Positions 1-12,712 of a stretch of 64,000 bases of DNA are shown here, in pieces (position 1 is the stretch's first letter; each line of letters begins with the position of its first letter). This stretch comes from Amphiscolops sp. MND2022 (taxonomy: Eukaryota). A program made the translations under genes and the position numbers. The notes under the pieces were generated by a model. The model was given only the letters and a program-made list of their open reading frames with translations. It was not told where the DNA came from and searched no databases. The DNA is taken from positions 44,766,001 through 44,830,000 of the forward strand of contig OZ076409.1 in NCBI GenBank assembly GCA_964187785.1, read 5' to 3'.

Positions 1-3000
1 GCGCAGATATGCATGATTCCTTTGTCAAATCTTGTACGATTTCCAAATGAGTTGCTCTGGTAGTGAAACAAACGAAGACTGTGATATATGTTTTGTTGTC
101 TCGCTTCGTGGCTAATGGTCCTGCTAGATCAATTCCAGTGCTAGTGAAAGGGCGTGATTCGGTGATTGTTTCTGCTCGTAAATCAGCCTTGACTTAAGCT
201 GGAATTTCGTTTGAGAATCGGCTACATTTACGCATTTCTTCATGATCTTTGTGACGAAACTTTCTCCTATAGGAATTCAATATTCTTCGCTACTGGTATT
301 CAAAGTGAGCTGCCCCCACCATGAGAGGTAGTTTCATGAAAATATCGTTGTATCAAGCTGGCGAAGTTTGAATTGGCTTTGACTAGAAATGGAAACTTCT
401 TCTTTTCAAGAAAATTACCTTGCGAAAGTCGTCCTCCGACTCTAATGTTGTGTGTTTCTGTGTCGAAGAATGAACAGAGATTGAGTAATTTGCTTGTTTT
501 GGGCAATTCCTTTTGTGCTTGTAGAAGGCTGTATTCCTCTTGAAAATGTGTGGTTTTGCGAGAGATGAGAAAATGCAATTTTGCCTGTTGTAGTAGATGT
601 GACGTGATTTGACTAGGAATTTTGTCTTTGTTGAACCTGGAATTGGCTATTTTGACACTAGCAATCACTCAAAATAGCTTATGCAATATTGAGTAGACAT
701 TCTCTTTCAAAATTACCCGTGTTACTTTTTTTAGATAGACTCGTGGTAACTGTTTCTGTTTGATTGTCTTCGCATGGCTTTCTGTTTCTTTCTTCTCTCC
801 AAAGGATTCTATGGAAGTCTTGTGGTTCTTTATTGAGTGCGATCTATCTGTACATTTTTGCAATGTCGGTCGAAAGTGCGACTAGATGAAGTCTGAATTT
901 TATCAAAATTGAAAAGAGATCCTGTTGAATCATTGGTCCAACCATGAGAGTGTCATTTAGTGAAACACCTGAAGTGGATTTGGCGGAACCATCAAAAACT
1001 ACTCTGATTTTGTTTGTTGTGGAATCTTCTTTGTGGACACAATGATGCGGTAGAAAATTGATTTTTTCTGAGTCAATCTCGTATACCTCTTCAGGAACTT
1101 TCTCTAAATGCTGCAAAGTTATGAATTCATTCACAAAATCTGTTCAATCTTGCTTCAGTTTGTCATTGGCATGAACTCGTCTTTCTAGACTGAGAAATCG
1201 TCTTTTTGCTTGAACGTATTTATCTCCAAGTTTATGAGATTTTTCTTTGAACAGCATTTGAACTGTGAACCTGTTGTCCACTACTTTGGTAGTATCCTTG
1301 AAATGTTTTCCACAATCTATGTTATCTTGTATGAACTTTTCGACGGGTGGAAGTTCTTCTTACTCCCAGAATTTCTTTAGATCGAATGTTTCATTTATGC
1401 AAGGGAGGTTGTGAAGGTTGGACTGTAGCCTTGCGGGTGCTTGCCAGAGGCAACCCAACCAAAAATTGTGTTGTGAAATTTGAGACCATTCGGTTCCTCG
1501 AATTTTCCAACGCGATAAATGAGCCTGTCTTGTTGAAAGTTGGATCGACGAGTTCAACTGTCTTCATATTTAAAAGACCTTCTATGTAAAACGTTCTGCT
1601 GGGAACATTCTACGTTAGCTTGGGCTGGACAAAACCTGTTGTAGAAATCGATTTTACATAATTTTTGGACTTGAGATGCAACCGAACAAGTCTTGAATTG
1701 TGAGTTTTTGAGATGTCTTCAACTACAATGACTGTCAAATTCCGTTTTTCTCGTTTCATCCCCATTCTTTGAGGTGCTTCTTCACTAATGAAGTTTATTT
1801 CAGAGCCTATGTCAAGTAAAACTCAACAAGTATGAGTGTTGGAGGCGTGATCTTCAATTGTGACTATTGCGGTTGGCAAAACTCCTGCCGAAAGAAATGT
1901 CCTCTAATGCCCCAAAACAACTGAGTTGGACGTCTCCGCGTTTTTGGAGTGGGGTTCAACGTGTGAAAGCGTGTTATGCATGGCTTGGCATTTTTTGCAT
2001 GAACTTTTGGACTTACAGTCTCTTGTAACGTGTCCAGATGATAGGCAGTTAAAACAAAGCTTGGAGTTTTAAGCAACATTTTTTCTATCATTGAATTTGC
2101 ACATGAAAAGCTAGTGAGCTTCATTACAGCATGGGCAAGTTTCAATTGTGACCTTGTAACTTTGTGAAGCCGGAAAATGGGTTTTTTGGCTGTGAATTTC
2201 TCTTGATAATGACGTTGTTTTTTGGGAACTCTTAGTCTGAGTTAAGAGGTCGATGTATGACCCTAAGGCGCGAACACGCTTGTTGATGAATTCCTCGAAC
2301 TCGTCTAACGTTTCCCAATTTGTACCAGGACCGTGTAGTTCCCATTGTTTTTGAGATTCTTCGTCTAATTTTTGCCAAAGAAAGCGAATCAAATATGGAT
2401 CTCCACCTTTGACGTTCAAAGCGTTCAATGCCATCAAATTTTCTTCAAAGGCGACCATCAAATTGCGCAATTCAATTTCAATGGCTGATTCATTGGTTAG
2501 TGGTTGCAATTGCAAGATTTTATCAATGTGGGAATTGATAATTAGCCGTTTTATGTTGTATCTGATTCGTAATGATTTCAAGGAAACCTTTTAGTTCGAA
2601 GTAGAAAGAAGTATATGCGCTACTAGCTGCAGAGCTTCACCTGAAAGTGGTGACTTCAAGTAGTTGAACTTCTGTATGTCCGGAATGGAGCTGTTGCTAT
2701 CCACGGAGGCGATAAATTGTTCATAGAAAGGAACCCATTTCGTATATTGCCCGTCAAACATTGGTAAGTCGAATTCGGCATGTTCAAATGTCCTGTTCCC
2801 GAGGCTGTAACCGTCGAGGAAGTAGTAGCTGCGACTGCGTTGACCAGTGCTGGGTCTGGCGTTTCCAATTGCTGTAGGAAATTGTCTATTGTCTTGATTT
2901 AAGTTCGAATTCTCTCTTCACACTCTTCTGCGTTTACGAATTCTTGTTCCACTGCGGCGTCTTCGTCTGGTGTTTTCTCTAAGATGGCTGCATTCAGATG

Positions 3001-3460
3001 ATCTAAATCTGCTAGTCGTTCTTCGAGCTTTTCCTGTAGCCCTTCCGAGAAGATAATTTTAGCTGTGTCGATATCGGCATTTCCTTGTGTCAAAATTGTC
3101 TTGTTTTGAGCTTTGTTTTTGGTGATCACACAACTGATTGCTGAACGTGATCTTTTGAGTTGATCCAAACTTTTGCTTTCGTTTCTGCTTGTCATCTTTG
3201 CAGTGAATTTCTGATAATTCCTGATAATTCCTTGGTTGCAATGCACCAAATATTGTTGTATTTCGGGAGAGCAATGAATTGAAAAGAGAGAAAACAGACT
3301 GATTCATTGTCGTAATGTGGAAGAAAAATAAAAAAATCAAATGTGAAAGAGGCGTGAAAAAAGTCATTCAATCATGTTAAGCAATGTGTCAAAATCTGAT
3401 TGAATCAACAACGTCAGTTTAATCGAACGAATTTTTCTTCTTTGTACTCTAGTCTCAACA
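1..3460 (-). mobile_element. Degenerate BEL/Pao LTR retrotransposon (5' LTR, gag, protease, partial RT, integrase; runs off window start)
   Basis: Gag-like ORFs at 2899-3249 and 2111-2581; RT motifs FLPHHCVHKEDSTTNKIRVVFDGS...GPMIQQDLFSILIKFR...DIAKMYR (844-1134); IRVGGRL and H..HGG (300-668); RPFTSTGIDLAGP integrase motif near 120-160; many stops and frameshifts. Confidence 0.93.
3254..3460 (-). repeat. 5' LTR of the BEL/Pao element, followed by a primer-binding site at 3239-3248
   Basis: Minus strand reads TGTTG...CAACA, then TGGTGCATTG, complementary to a tRNA-Gly-type 3' end. Confidence 0.7.
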
Positions 3461-3921
3461 TATAGTTTTGATGCTATACGCCGTCTTCCGACGAATGTGT
3501 CTTTCAGATTTAAATATGATATTTTTATACTTGCTTTAGTCAGATTGTTTTATTGAACAATTTCTGGCACGAATATTTAGGATTTCCGAAAGAGGTTTCC
3601 TGATTTTTTGTTGATCATGAATTCAGCTCTCTCTTTATAAAGCCTTAATAATGCATGTCAAAATGTTTACAGATTGAATTGATATGCTTCAAGATCAGCA
3701 TAAGCTGTTCATATCACCGTATCAAAAAAAAAAACAGTTTTGGATCAATTCCAATCTGAGACGTTTCTGCTTCTGCAGTTTCTTCGAGCCTTTTAGCTGG
3801 AGAAGTCAAGTACTTCTTGTCTACCCCAAAGTAATTTTGGTAACGTGAATGATTAAACAAAAAGTTTCAGTTTTCAAAAAAACCTACTGTTCAGGTATTT
3901 TTTCTTTAATTACAATTTCTA

Positions 3922-4429
3922 TTTTTAGTCGGCGCTTTTCTTAAGAAAAGAGCCCGACTATTACAGTCACTCGTTTTCTTTCTTTTCTTTTTTTTATTTA
4001 AGACAGACTCGAAGCGACGAACGTTAACGTTCAGTATATTCAACTAAACGAATACCCCGGAAACGCATCTAAGTTATTCCAAAGGGTCTCTCTTCTTTGG
4101 TTTTTTACTTTTCATTTACTTTATCAAGGAAACCCACAAAACCGGACGTGCCTAAAGGGTCCCCCCTTTGGATTTTTTTCGGCACTGTGCGACTTTTTTT
4201 CGAAAAATTTTAAATGTCCCCAAAGGGTCTCTCCTTCGAGGTTTTTGATATTTTGCAACGGAATGTATGTTAATAAATCCAGAAGGGTCCCCCTTTTACA
4301 TTTTTCGGCACTATGCGACTTTTTTGAAAGAAAAAGTTTTTTTCAAAAATTTCAAGTTTTTTCCAAAAAATTGTTTTGCGCTTTTTGAGCCTTAGATATG
4401 GCGCCGACTTTAGACGTTCTCGTCTTGTT
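3922..4429 (+). mobile_element. Non-autonomous Helentron (DINE-1/HINE-like) element
   Basis: 5' T-run plus palindrome TAGTCGGCGCTTTTCTTAAGAAAAGAGCCCGACTA; 3' subterminal inverted copy GCGCCGACT plus hairpin AGACGTTCTCGTCT and TGTT; related copies across the window. Confidence 0.8.
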
Positions 4430-5144
4430 CATTATTTCGACGCTTCGTAAAACAATGAACTTCGGGGTTTTTCAATGAAATTCTAAATAAATAACTGGTT
4501 TGTCTTTGAATTTCGTGGATGTTATTATCCGCCAAAACCTTCAGAAATTGAACAAACATTGCAGTTTTTGCTTTTTTGGGGAAAAGTTCGGATGTTTTCC
4601 ATCCGGATTTTTTGAAAAGATGCTATGTAGGCAGTTAATTTGTCTACGAACTCTGTGGATGCTGGGACCCGCCATAACATTGGAAAACAATCATTCAAAA
4701 ATTGGGACCTGGAACTTCTACAAAATTTTTGTTTTTAAATTATGAAAACTAAATTATATCAGTTGAGTCGTATTTTGCTGGTTTAACGATGCTTCATTGT
4801 CTGAAAAAAAACATTGGTAATCCTCATTCTTTGATAAAATTGTGCATCGAGGTAAAGTCAAATTAGAATATAAATATTTAAATTAATTATAATTCAGTTA
4901 TTTTTTGACAAACTCATCAACCCGATCTCTTCATCTAGAGTAATAAACAATAATTATTTTTCATTAAAACGTTTTGAAAACTGCCTCATGTTGTGCATAA
5001 ATTATTACAATTTCAAATATATCCGAAACAAAATATCCTTTCATTTAATCGTCATAAATTACTCAAACTTCGATTCTTTCAAATGCAAGTCTTGAGATGT
5101 AGAGTTCTGAAGAACTGTTGAGAGGACATATGAAGAGAGTTTGA

Positions 5145-5497
5145 TCATCTTCTTGGCATTGCGTTTGGACTGAAAGTTCCTTTCATGGGAATATTGAAAT
5201 AAAGAGGAGACGAAGATTCCTGATCACTTTGTGAAGACTGATTGTTCCTTCTGATCTCTGCCCGATAATCTAACTCTGTCGCTATCTGGCACAAAGCGCA
5301 CAAGTCGCAACAAATGAAAACTGTTTTTAAGCAACAAAGGAAGTCATCCCTTTCGCAACACTTTTCTCTAGAGATTCCGAAATAGTTTGCCACTGCTCTC
5401 CTTAGCTTCCAGATGTTGAGTGACGTCATTATTACTCCTAGTCCGTAAAGACATGCCAGCATGAACAGAATCAGGTACCCGCGTGAGTTCCCTGAGC
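5145..5497 (-). CDS. PLAC8-family gene, last exon
   Basis: Branch point CTAAC and acceptor caacag|GC at 5497; LRR..FGI and CALCQIATEL motifs; stop at 5145. Confidence 0.88.
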
Positions 5498-8187
5498 CTG
5501 TTGAACAATTCACAGTTAGCATATAACAGTGCACAATCGTGTGGAAAATCACACTTCTTCAGAGGTTCTGAATACTTGAACTTGAATAACTTCTTTCAAA
5601 TCAGCAATTCATTGGGATTTTATTTTGATGCTTGAAAAAGTTTCTCTTTTTTCTATGCCTCTCCTTCCATTTTGGAACTATTTTGTAACACAATTAGATG
5701 CAGTTAGAAAAAATGAAGAAATGAAAGTTAATGCATGAGAATTCGATTACAATCTAAAGATTACAATCTCCAGACAGCAACTGGAGTTCAGTAAATTGAA
5801 GTTCTGAATTCCACTATTGGGTAATTTCAATTTTTTAGGCTAATAACGTTCCATGGGTTTGGAAATGATAAACGATGAACTTTTTTAGTGGAAGCACCTT
5901 ATTTAATACAGATTTTGTAGAGTATCTGTGATGAAACTCTCAAGTGAGCACAGTACGTTTGACTAGAGTACCAACCTGAGAATACTTGAGCCAGCGCAGC
6001 ACCCCAATAGATGAAAATGAAAATTAATGAAAACGTTCTGTAGTATACCGCCAGTTTGGCCATTTTCACATTGCCCGTTCCCATGGCGACCTTATGGCAG
6101 CAGGGATTGGAATGGTGTTTGTGTATCATCCTCAGGCGCGAAAACTCGACAAGCAATAGTGCTCTTTGCGTTGTGCTTTTTGGATATTTTGAAAAACGTT
6201 TTGTATGAGTGGGTGGTCAATATCAATTCTAGATATGAATATACACTAGGGTACAAAAAGACATTCAAATTTGTTTGACAAAAATTTTCAAATCGCAATC
6301 AAATTTTACATATTTATCTGACACAAAAGTCCCAGGAGCAAATCTTAAAAATTTTCATCACACTAACAGAAGTAATTTTTGTTTTGAAATTTAAAAGGTA
6401 TAGCACTTAGCTTCACTTTGACTTCCAAATTTATCATGAAATATCTTGAAAACCACTGTTTGTAACAAAATGCTGGCGACAAACTTTGTACTTTTGAATC
6501 AAATCTCTAACGTTTTACAATCTTCAACACTTTTTCTGAAAACACCATCCTTAAGAAATTATACATGGAAATGATCACAAACTGTGGATTCTTCAATTTA
6601 TACTCCGTCAAAAATTATTTCAACGGAATTACAACTGTTTTTGGTTGTTCATTTTTCGAAAAAGCATTTTCAGAAAAAGTGCTGGATAAAAAAGTTGAAT
6701 ACCAATGTCAGGGCTACAAAAATTATCAATGTAAGTTTTTCTTCAGACCTGTAAATTTTGAAATGTTGTGATTCAGTCATTCATTGGTTCAGAAAATCAC
6801 AAAATTTCCCAAAATACAATGTAATATAAGTTTTTATAGTTTGTTTCAATTTCGGAACGGAAAACTCCGTCGTAATTCCGACCACAATTTGAATGACTTT
6901 CACTCCTCTGACTTTTGTATAATGTATGTATTGAAAGATATGTATGCATTGAGATCGCGCTTTAAAATTTCGTTAGCCAAATTGAGTGCCTGTAGTTTTT
7001 TAGTACCTTAGTGTATATAAAATACATAGCATTATTTCTCATAACCTCCGAATAAATGACAATTTTTTTATTCGGAAAATGATTGGTTTACTAGTTTACT
7101 ATTTTCCTTAATTACTAATGATTCTTGGAAAAATTTCAGCTTGTTATGTCCTTCTTTGTATGGTACCAAAGCGACGAGTCTAAAAATTGCTCGTGGTTCA
7201 TATCGATGAGTGAACGACTTGATATCCAAAGGCAAGTCATCATAATCAAAGATTCAACGGTCAATGCCAAGACAAGTATTATACAATTGAGAAAACTATG
7301 AACTAATTACATTTGTACGAAAAACATTTTATGAGTAAATATGGAAAACTGCCCTGAAGCATTCATGGTTTTCCGATCCCTGCCTTGTATTCCGTAAGAA
7401 TCGGAAAAAAGAATGTCAATAAAAGCTGCTTTTTGTTTCCTCTGAAACATTTGAAAAGTGGAGTTTTCCACTCAACGTCAGATGCACCAGATACTGATGA
7501 CGATGACGACGATGATGACGACGATGATGACGACGATGATGATGTAATTTGATCAATGTCTGTTGCATCATTTGATGATGTAACTGTTTCAACTGTGTCT
7601 GATTGCAATACCGAGTTGTCCAATTGGCCACTGGGTACTGCTTCGGATGAAGGCTCCGACTCATTGTTTTCGGGCAGTCTTATCACAGTATAGTCCAAGG
7701 GCTTCAAAAATTTGATTTTGAGGAGGGCCAATAAATGGGCCAAATTATATAATTTTCTTAAAAATCGTGTTTGTGATTTTTGACATTTTTAGCGTAACTA
7801 TTTCGAAACTTGCAGCCTGAATTACTATGAGCAGGATGTTCAATATCACAGTTAGACTAGATTACACTGCAATCATAATGTACGAATGGCGCATCCGTGA
7901 AAATTTCTGAACAAGACATTTCAAGCTAAATTTTAACAGAAACAGTTAACGAAACTACTTTTTAAAAATTTTCTGTGACATTATTTTTACAAGAATTCAC
8001 AGTCCTTAAAACACTGAAGTTATGAATCCTGATGATTTAGTAATTCTCGCACAAATAAGATGCCAAGTGTTCCATCGTTTTCGGAGCCCTGTTGAAGGAA
8101 AAATTCAAGTGCTATAATAACCTCTAAATTTGTAATATTGACCGTAAAGTCTGACGGTGTGTCACAAGAAATAGCTTGATTGGCCAT
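5145..8187 (-). CDS. PLAC8/cornifelin-family cysteine-rich membrane protein, ~283 aa; exons 8187-8122 (tentative), 7701-7384, 6090-5976, 5497-5145
   Basis: Spliced product reads EWKTPLFKCF...LTFFFPILTEYK|VAMGTG...two hydrophobic helices...LRRAVANYFGI...CC..DD..CC....CCDLCALCQIATEL, the PLAC8 N- and C-terminal signatures; exon phases are consistent (0,0,1). Confidence 0.82.
5976..6090 (-). CDS. PLAC8-family gene, internal exon (VAMGTG...AQVFS, transmembrane helix)
   Basis: Acceptor cataag|GTC, donor G|GTTGGT; 115 nt; phases join exactly to both neighbouring exons. Confidence 0.75.
6101..7382. mobile_element. Non-autonomous hAT-like TIR element filling intron 2 of the PLAC8 gene
   Basis: Ends CAGGGATTGGAA / TTCCGATCCCTG (11 of 12 inverted match); decayed 8-bp TSD ccttatgg/ccttgtat; diverged inverted homolog at about 46370-47103. 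Confidence 0.7.
7384..7701 (-). CDS. PLAC8-family gene, exon with acidic/poly-Ser region and WKTPLFKCF motif
   Basis: Part of ORF 7363-7743; W.T.LF.CF...FF.P motif; ends at AAG|GCAGGG (GC donor); 5' boundary uncertain. Confidence 0.78.
7495..7543. repeat. (GAT/GAC)n trinucleotide repeat encoding poly-serine
   Basis: gatgacgatgacgacgatgatgac... run, in frame as ~16 Ser on the minus strand. Confidence 0.95.
8122..8187 (-). CDS. Putative first coding exon of the PLAC8-family gene (MANQAISCDTPSDFTVNITNLE)
   Basis: ATG at 8187, donor GAG|GTTATT, phase 0 compatible with acceptor at 7701; no homology support. Confidence 0.4.
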
Positions 8188-9109
8188 TTGAGAATCACGC
8201 CGATTTACCAATCCGATGAAAATACTTTGACTAGAATTTTTCAAGCTAATGAACTCTAAATCTAAAGCTTAAGTACATACTTAATTCAGTACATACATTC
8301 AGTACAATATTAATATTTACTGATTTTTACAGTAATTACCAATATATAATTTCAGTAAGCATAATCTTTTTACCAAGTCCGAAGCTACTTTCGTCACTTT
8401 TTTAAGCATGTACTAAATTTTCAAACTGAAACTGATTTATGCTTAAAAGCGTTGGTCAAAAGGTTCGTAACCAGTGCAAATGGTATTCTATGTTTCGTAT
8501 ATTTTACCTCCATCGCCTATCTTATGACCAATCAGTAATTATCTATCTTTTCGAGCCAGTAGCCATCTTTAAAGTACTCAAAAAATGGCGTCCTCTGATA
8601 GTCACATGTTTTGTTGAAAAGCGAGACATCACAAGTTGACGAAAGTTAAAAATGTATGTATGCACACATTCACAAGAAATTCAGAGTTCTCACATGGAAA
8701 TATTCATTCCCAAAACACTCCCATTCACTAGGTATTCAACTTCAAAACGGATATAATTGATGAAGGTGCACAACTTTGTTCATATCTTCAAAAATCAATT
8801 GTAAATGATAATTAAAGCAGGGGTACAAGTGTTTGTGGTTTTACTTGAAAGAATTTGGGAACATTGAGTAAAAACTTCCATGTGTTCTCTTTTCTTCCAA
8901 GAATGTAATTTCAAGACCTCAAATTTATATTTTTGTTCGAGGTTATTGGCGATTCATCATCGGAGTAGTTTTGTTCGACAAACGTTCGAGTTTCCGAGAA
9001 TTTAATCACAGAAAAACACCAGTTTATTTAAAAGAATGGGTTTTTCGTGCAACAAAAAATCCTTTCAAAATCATTTGCGATCAAAATGAATAAATGTTTG
9101 AAGAAGAAT

Positions 9110-11100
9110 TTAGTCAAGTCCAATTCTATGCAGTAGCTGAAGAAACTTAATTCTGTTGCGATGTGGGTTTTGGACATATGACGTTGAAAGAATGTGTATC
9201 GACATCGGCGAGGTTGAAGGATGGTAAGACAAAAACATGACTAAGGCTGAAAGATTCGTCGATGTTACCGAAAGGATGAACTTTAAGAGACACTCTTTTT
9301 GTTCCCAAGGTTTCCCATTCGCGAAAACCTCCAATATCAAGTTTCACGGCTGCTGGTTCTTTGACAGTGCAATTCAAACTGTTTGAACAACTGGAGAGTA
9401 ATTAGCTACATGTACTTCCGGTGTCGATGAAAGCGTAGGTGGAGAAAATTATTGTCTTTTTCCAATGTTACAGCTACTACCATCAACAGGGCACCAATGC
9501 TAGCTTCTGTTTGGTTTTGTCGGTTAAGGAGCTATCTGCAAACTGAATACTTTGATTGGGCTTCGTCTTACTAATGAACGTTTCTGTTGTCGGTCTAGAA
9601 TTTGAGTTGTCAACAGTTTGTTCAGGTGTTTGTCGAGAGTTGTTCCTATGTCATCGTGTAAAGATGAATGGCGCTTGCGGCTGTACGATTGCGGCTGTAC
9701 GGTGTGATTTACAATCAGCCTTCAAGTGTTGTCCTAAAAAATTGAGACAAAGTTTTTTGTCTGAAACCATTCGGCGTCTCTGTTCAAGAATAGCATTCTT
9801 GTAGGTGGAGCAATGCGCTGGGTGAAGCTCCAGTTTGTCGAATGGGCAGAGAGGTTGATGGTGTTTGACTGGTTTTTCTTGATAGCTGGTTCTTGGGAAT
9901 TGAGCTGGAAGTCGGGCGATTGTCAAGATTGAAAGGCAGGTTATCACCAGCGAGTGCGAACTGTCTGATCCAAATGTTGAAATGGATGAGGCTTGATTGT
10001 TGTAAATTGTTAATCACAGCGTACTGTGTCCTCTGTAATCTCTGAGTAGGGGGCAACTTGTTAACGGCAAACACTACGAAAAGTGTCGGGTTCAGGTCAT
10101 TGGTGAAACCTAGCAACTAGAAAGTCTCCACGATATTATTGATGAAATTTGAAAACTCCGTGAAAGTGTGACGTTGCTCTATCGATGGTTGACGAAACGT
10201 ATGGAGGTGTTGAAGATTTCCTATATTGGTTTGCTATATCGATTTGCTATATCGGTGGTAAGAGTCTGGAGATGTGTCATTTTCTCTGATAAAGAATGGG
10301 TTGGTTGTGCATGAGAATTCTGATCAGACCATACCACAAAATCCATTTCATGGGATCTCCATCGTACGGTTCAATTTTCAATTTGGGTCGAATAAGATGA
10401 GAGAGGGTGTCATGTGACAATGTTTGTGCTCTGGAAGGCGTTGATTGACGGAGACTCCTGTTTGGCTGTGATCCATCAGAATATTGCGGTTGATTATTTG
10501 TTTCGATGTCAGAGAGAACTGGACCAGAATTACTGCAATGTACGCGCTGTTCGTCTGAAAAGTCGTCGTCGATTGTTCTATTGACAATTTGTTGACTGTC
10601 GTTCACGTTGTAGACTCCCATGGTTTGGATCGTCCAGTTGGCAGCTGCAGATGTTTGCATTCTCGAGAATTGGTCGGTCAGGTCATCGTATTCATCTTGA
10701 AAATTGGTGAAACCGGCAAGGAGTTGGTCATCGATGGCATTCTCGGGTAGATGGTCGAGTAGAAAGAGGGTTGATTCTTCGACATATGTGAGGGTTTTCT
10801 GTAGTTAATCGTTCAAGGAGCTGATGTCAAAATCGACATTTTCATCAATGGCTTTCTATATTTTGCTGAAGAGACGAGTAGTTTTGGCGATATAGAAAGA
10901 ACGCGGTGGGAGCGAAGTTTTTTGCTGTTTACCTTTGGAAGGCATGATAGATCGCAATATAGGATTTTGTAGACAAACACTAGAAAGATAGCTGGAACTT
11001 GATGCTGAAAATGGAAAAGCAAATGGCCAATTGGAGGAAGAGAAAAATCCAGAAATGAATCTAGATGGAGGTTACTCCAATGTGACACTGTCGGCAACAA
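9110..11100 (-). mobile_element. BEL/Pao retrotransposon remnant (gag and protease)
   Basis: PKLKIEPYDGDPMKW gag motif (10277-10660), decayed zinc knuckles CPF...H..HC and LCLN..GQH..ADC (9651-9947), protease YAFIDTGST near 9410-9445. Confidence 0.88.
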
Positions 11101-11764
11101 TTGGTCGGCTATCGGAAGGTTGAATGTGCCGGATTATCAAAAGACAGAATTAAGGACAAATACATATCGGACAAAACTTAATTTCATGAGTTGAATTCTA
11201 TGTGTGACACGTTTCAGCTTAAACACAAGATGGTCGCTATTCATGCCGATTTGTTTTCATGACGAAAACGAATTCATGTTCCCCAATCTTGTGGCAAATT
11301 TGTCCTGGAACAATTCTTTGGACATCACAATCCATCCATCACAAAAAAATTATTCTTTTCCGACCCACATTTTCAATGGGGGAGGAAAATCATGATCTGT
11401 GCTGCGTTTTTTCTCCAAATTTTGCAAAAAAACTCCACCTTTTACTAACTCTACCTACTCAGCCTCCCTACTCAGCCTCCTTGCTTAGCCTTTTTGACCA
11501 AAGGTAGACGTATTCTATGAATAAACTGTACAACACTAGTAACTTGAAATCAAAAAAAGAATACGTCGCAACAACCTTTACTGGAAATTGAGATGCGTAT
11601 GAGATTATTTTCGTTTGATACTTTTTTGTTTTTGTGGTCCTTTTTGGCTACATATCTTCATTTTGGCTTAAATGCAATTTTGCGTTGCTAATAATTTCTC
11701 TTTGGATATATTAACATATCATTTTGCTCTTGGATTTTTAATTTAGTTACTGTGCTTCCATGAC

Positions 11765-12521
11765 TGTCACGAACCGCTCCCGGTCGGTGTACAACGAGCC
11801 ACGGTGGATTTCAGTCAGTTTCGACACGGGTATGGGAAATACTTTTAAACATATAAACAAGCGATAAAATTACACTTACAGTACAGCTAAACAAATTGCA
11901 GGGACTTTTCTTACGGATAATAAAAAGTTAGCGTAAAGACAGCGTAGCACTTTGCAAAAAGAATTAATCTAGCTAAAACTTCCGGTCTGACTTTTTTACA
12001 CGTGATCATTTTTACTTACGGTTTTTTCTCTGAGATTCACAAACTAATCCAAATAACAAAACAGAGATGAAATTGACAACAGAAAATAATTTCTTCTTTT
12101 CCACCCTGAAACGAAACATTAAGGACAGTATTCAACTCCGTGATCACTACGGAGTTCATACAATCTAAAATTAAACGAACCGCTATACAAAATGATATAG
12201 TGAATTGTTTCCCAGTACTAGAGTTTTTGTCAAAACCCACTAAAATTACAGTCAAGCAATTTAAGCGAGAAACTACAGCGTTATGACAGCGTGACTCAGA
12301 TAGGCTAGTAACTGGTGTTTCTATTTTTCCAGACCAACAGCGTTGTCTTACAGTTGAGTTCCATGCCCTCAGTCCTAAAAGATATTTTCTTTTTTCCAAA
12401 AGAAAATTTTCTTCTGACGTCACTAGCTGAAAGAATAGGAATGAACTCCTACGCTCTCCGCATTCTCTCCGTTGCCTGCTGTTCGGCTATACCTAATCTT
12501 AGTACGTACGCAGACGTTACA
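11765..12521. repeat. Probable solo or partial LTR
   Basis: Begins TGTCACG and ends CGTTACA; no clear TSD. Confidence 0.4.
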
Positions 12522-12712
12522 GAGCGATTTGTAAAATTGTAGTTAAGGAAGGGAAACTCAATGCTCAATCTCAAAGATTTTTTAAAGTTAAACGATATCG
12601 TAAAGGAACTTTAGGTTTAGGATTCACATAATAGAAGCTGTACTGTAAGAAAGAGCTAAAGTTGTGGCCATGATACTAATGTTGGAATTTTATACCTGAT
12701 CAATAATAATGA

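Noticed and set aside
7416..7664. His/Arg-rich ORF
   Set aside because: Alternative frame of the poly-Ser trinucleotide repeat in the PLAC8 exon
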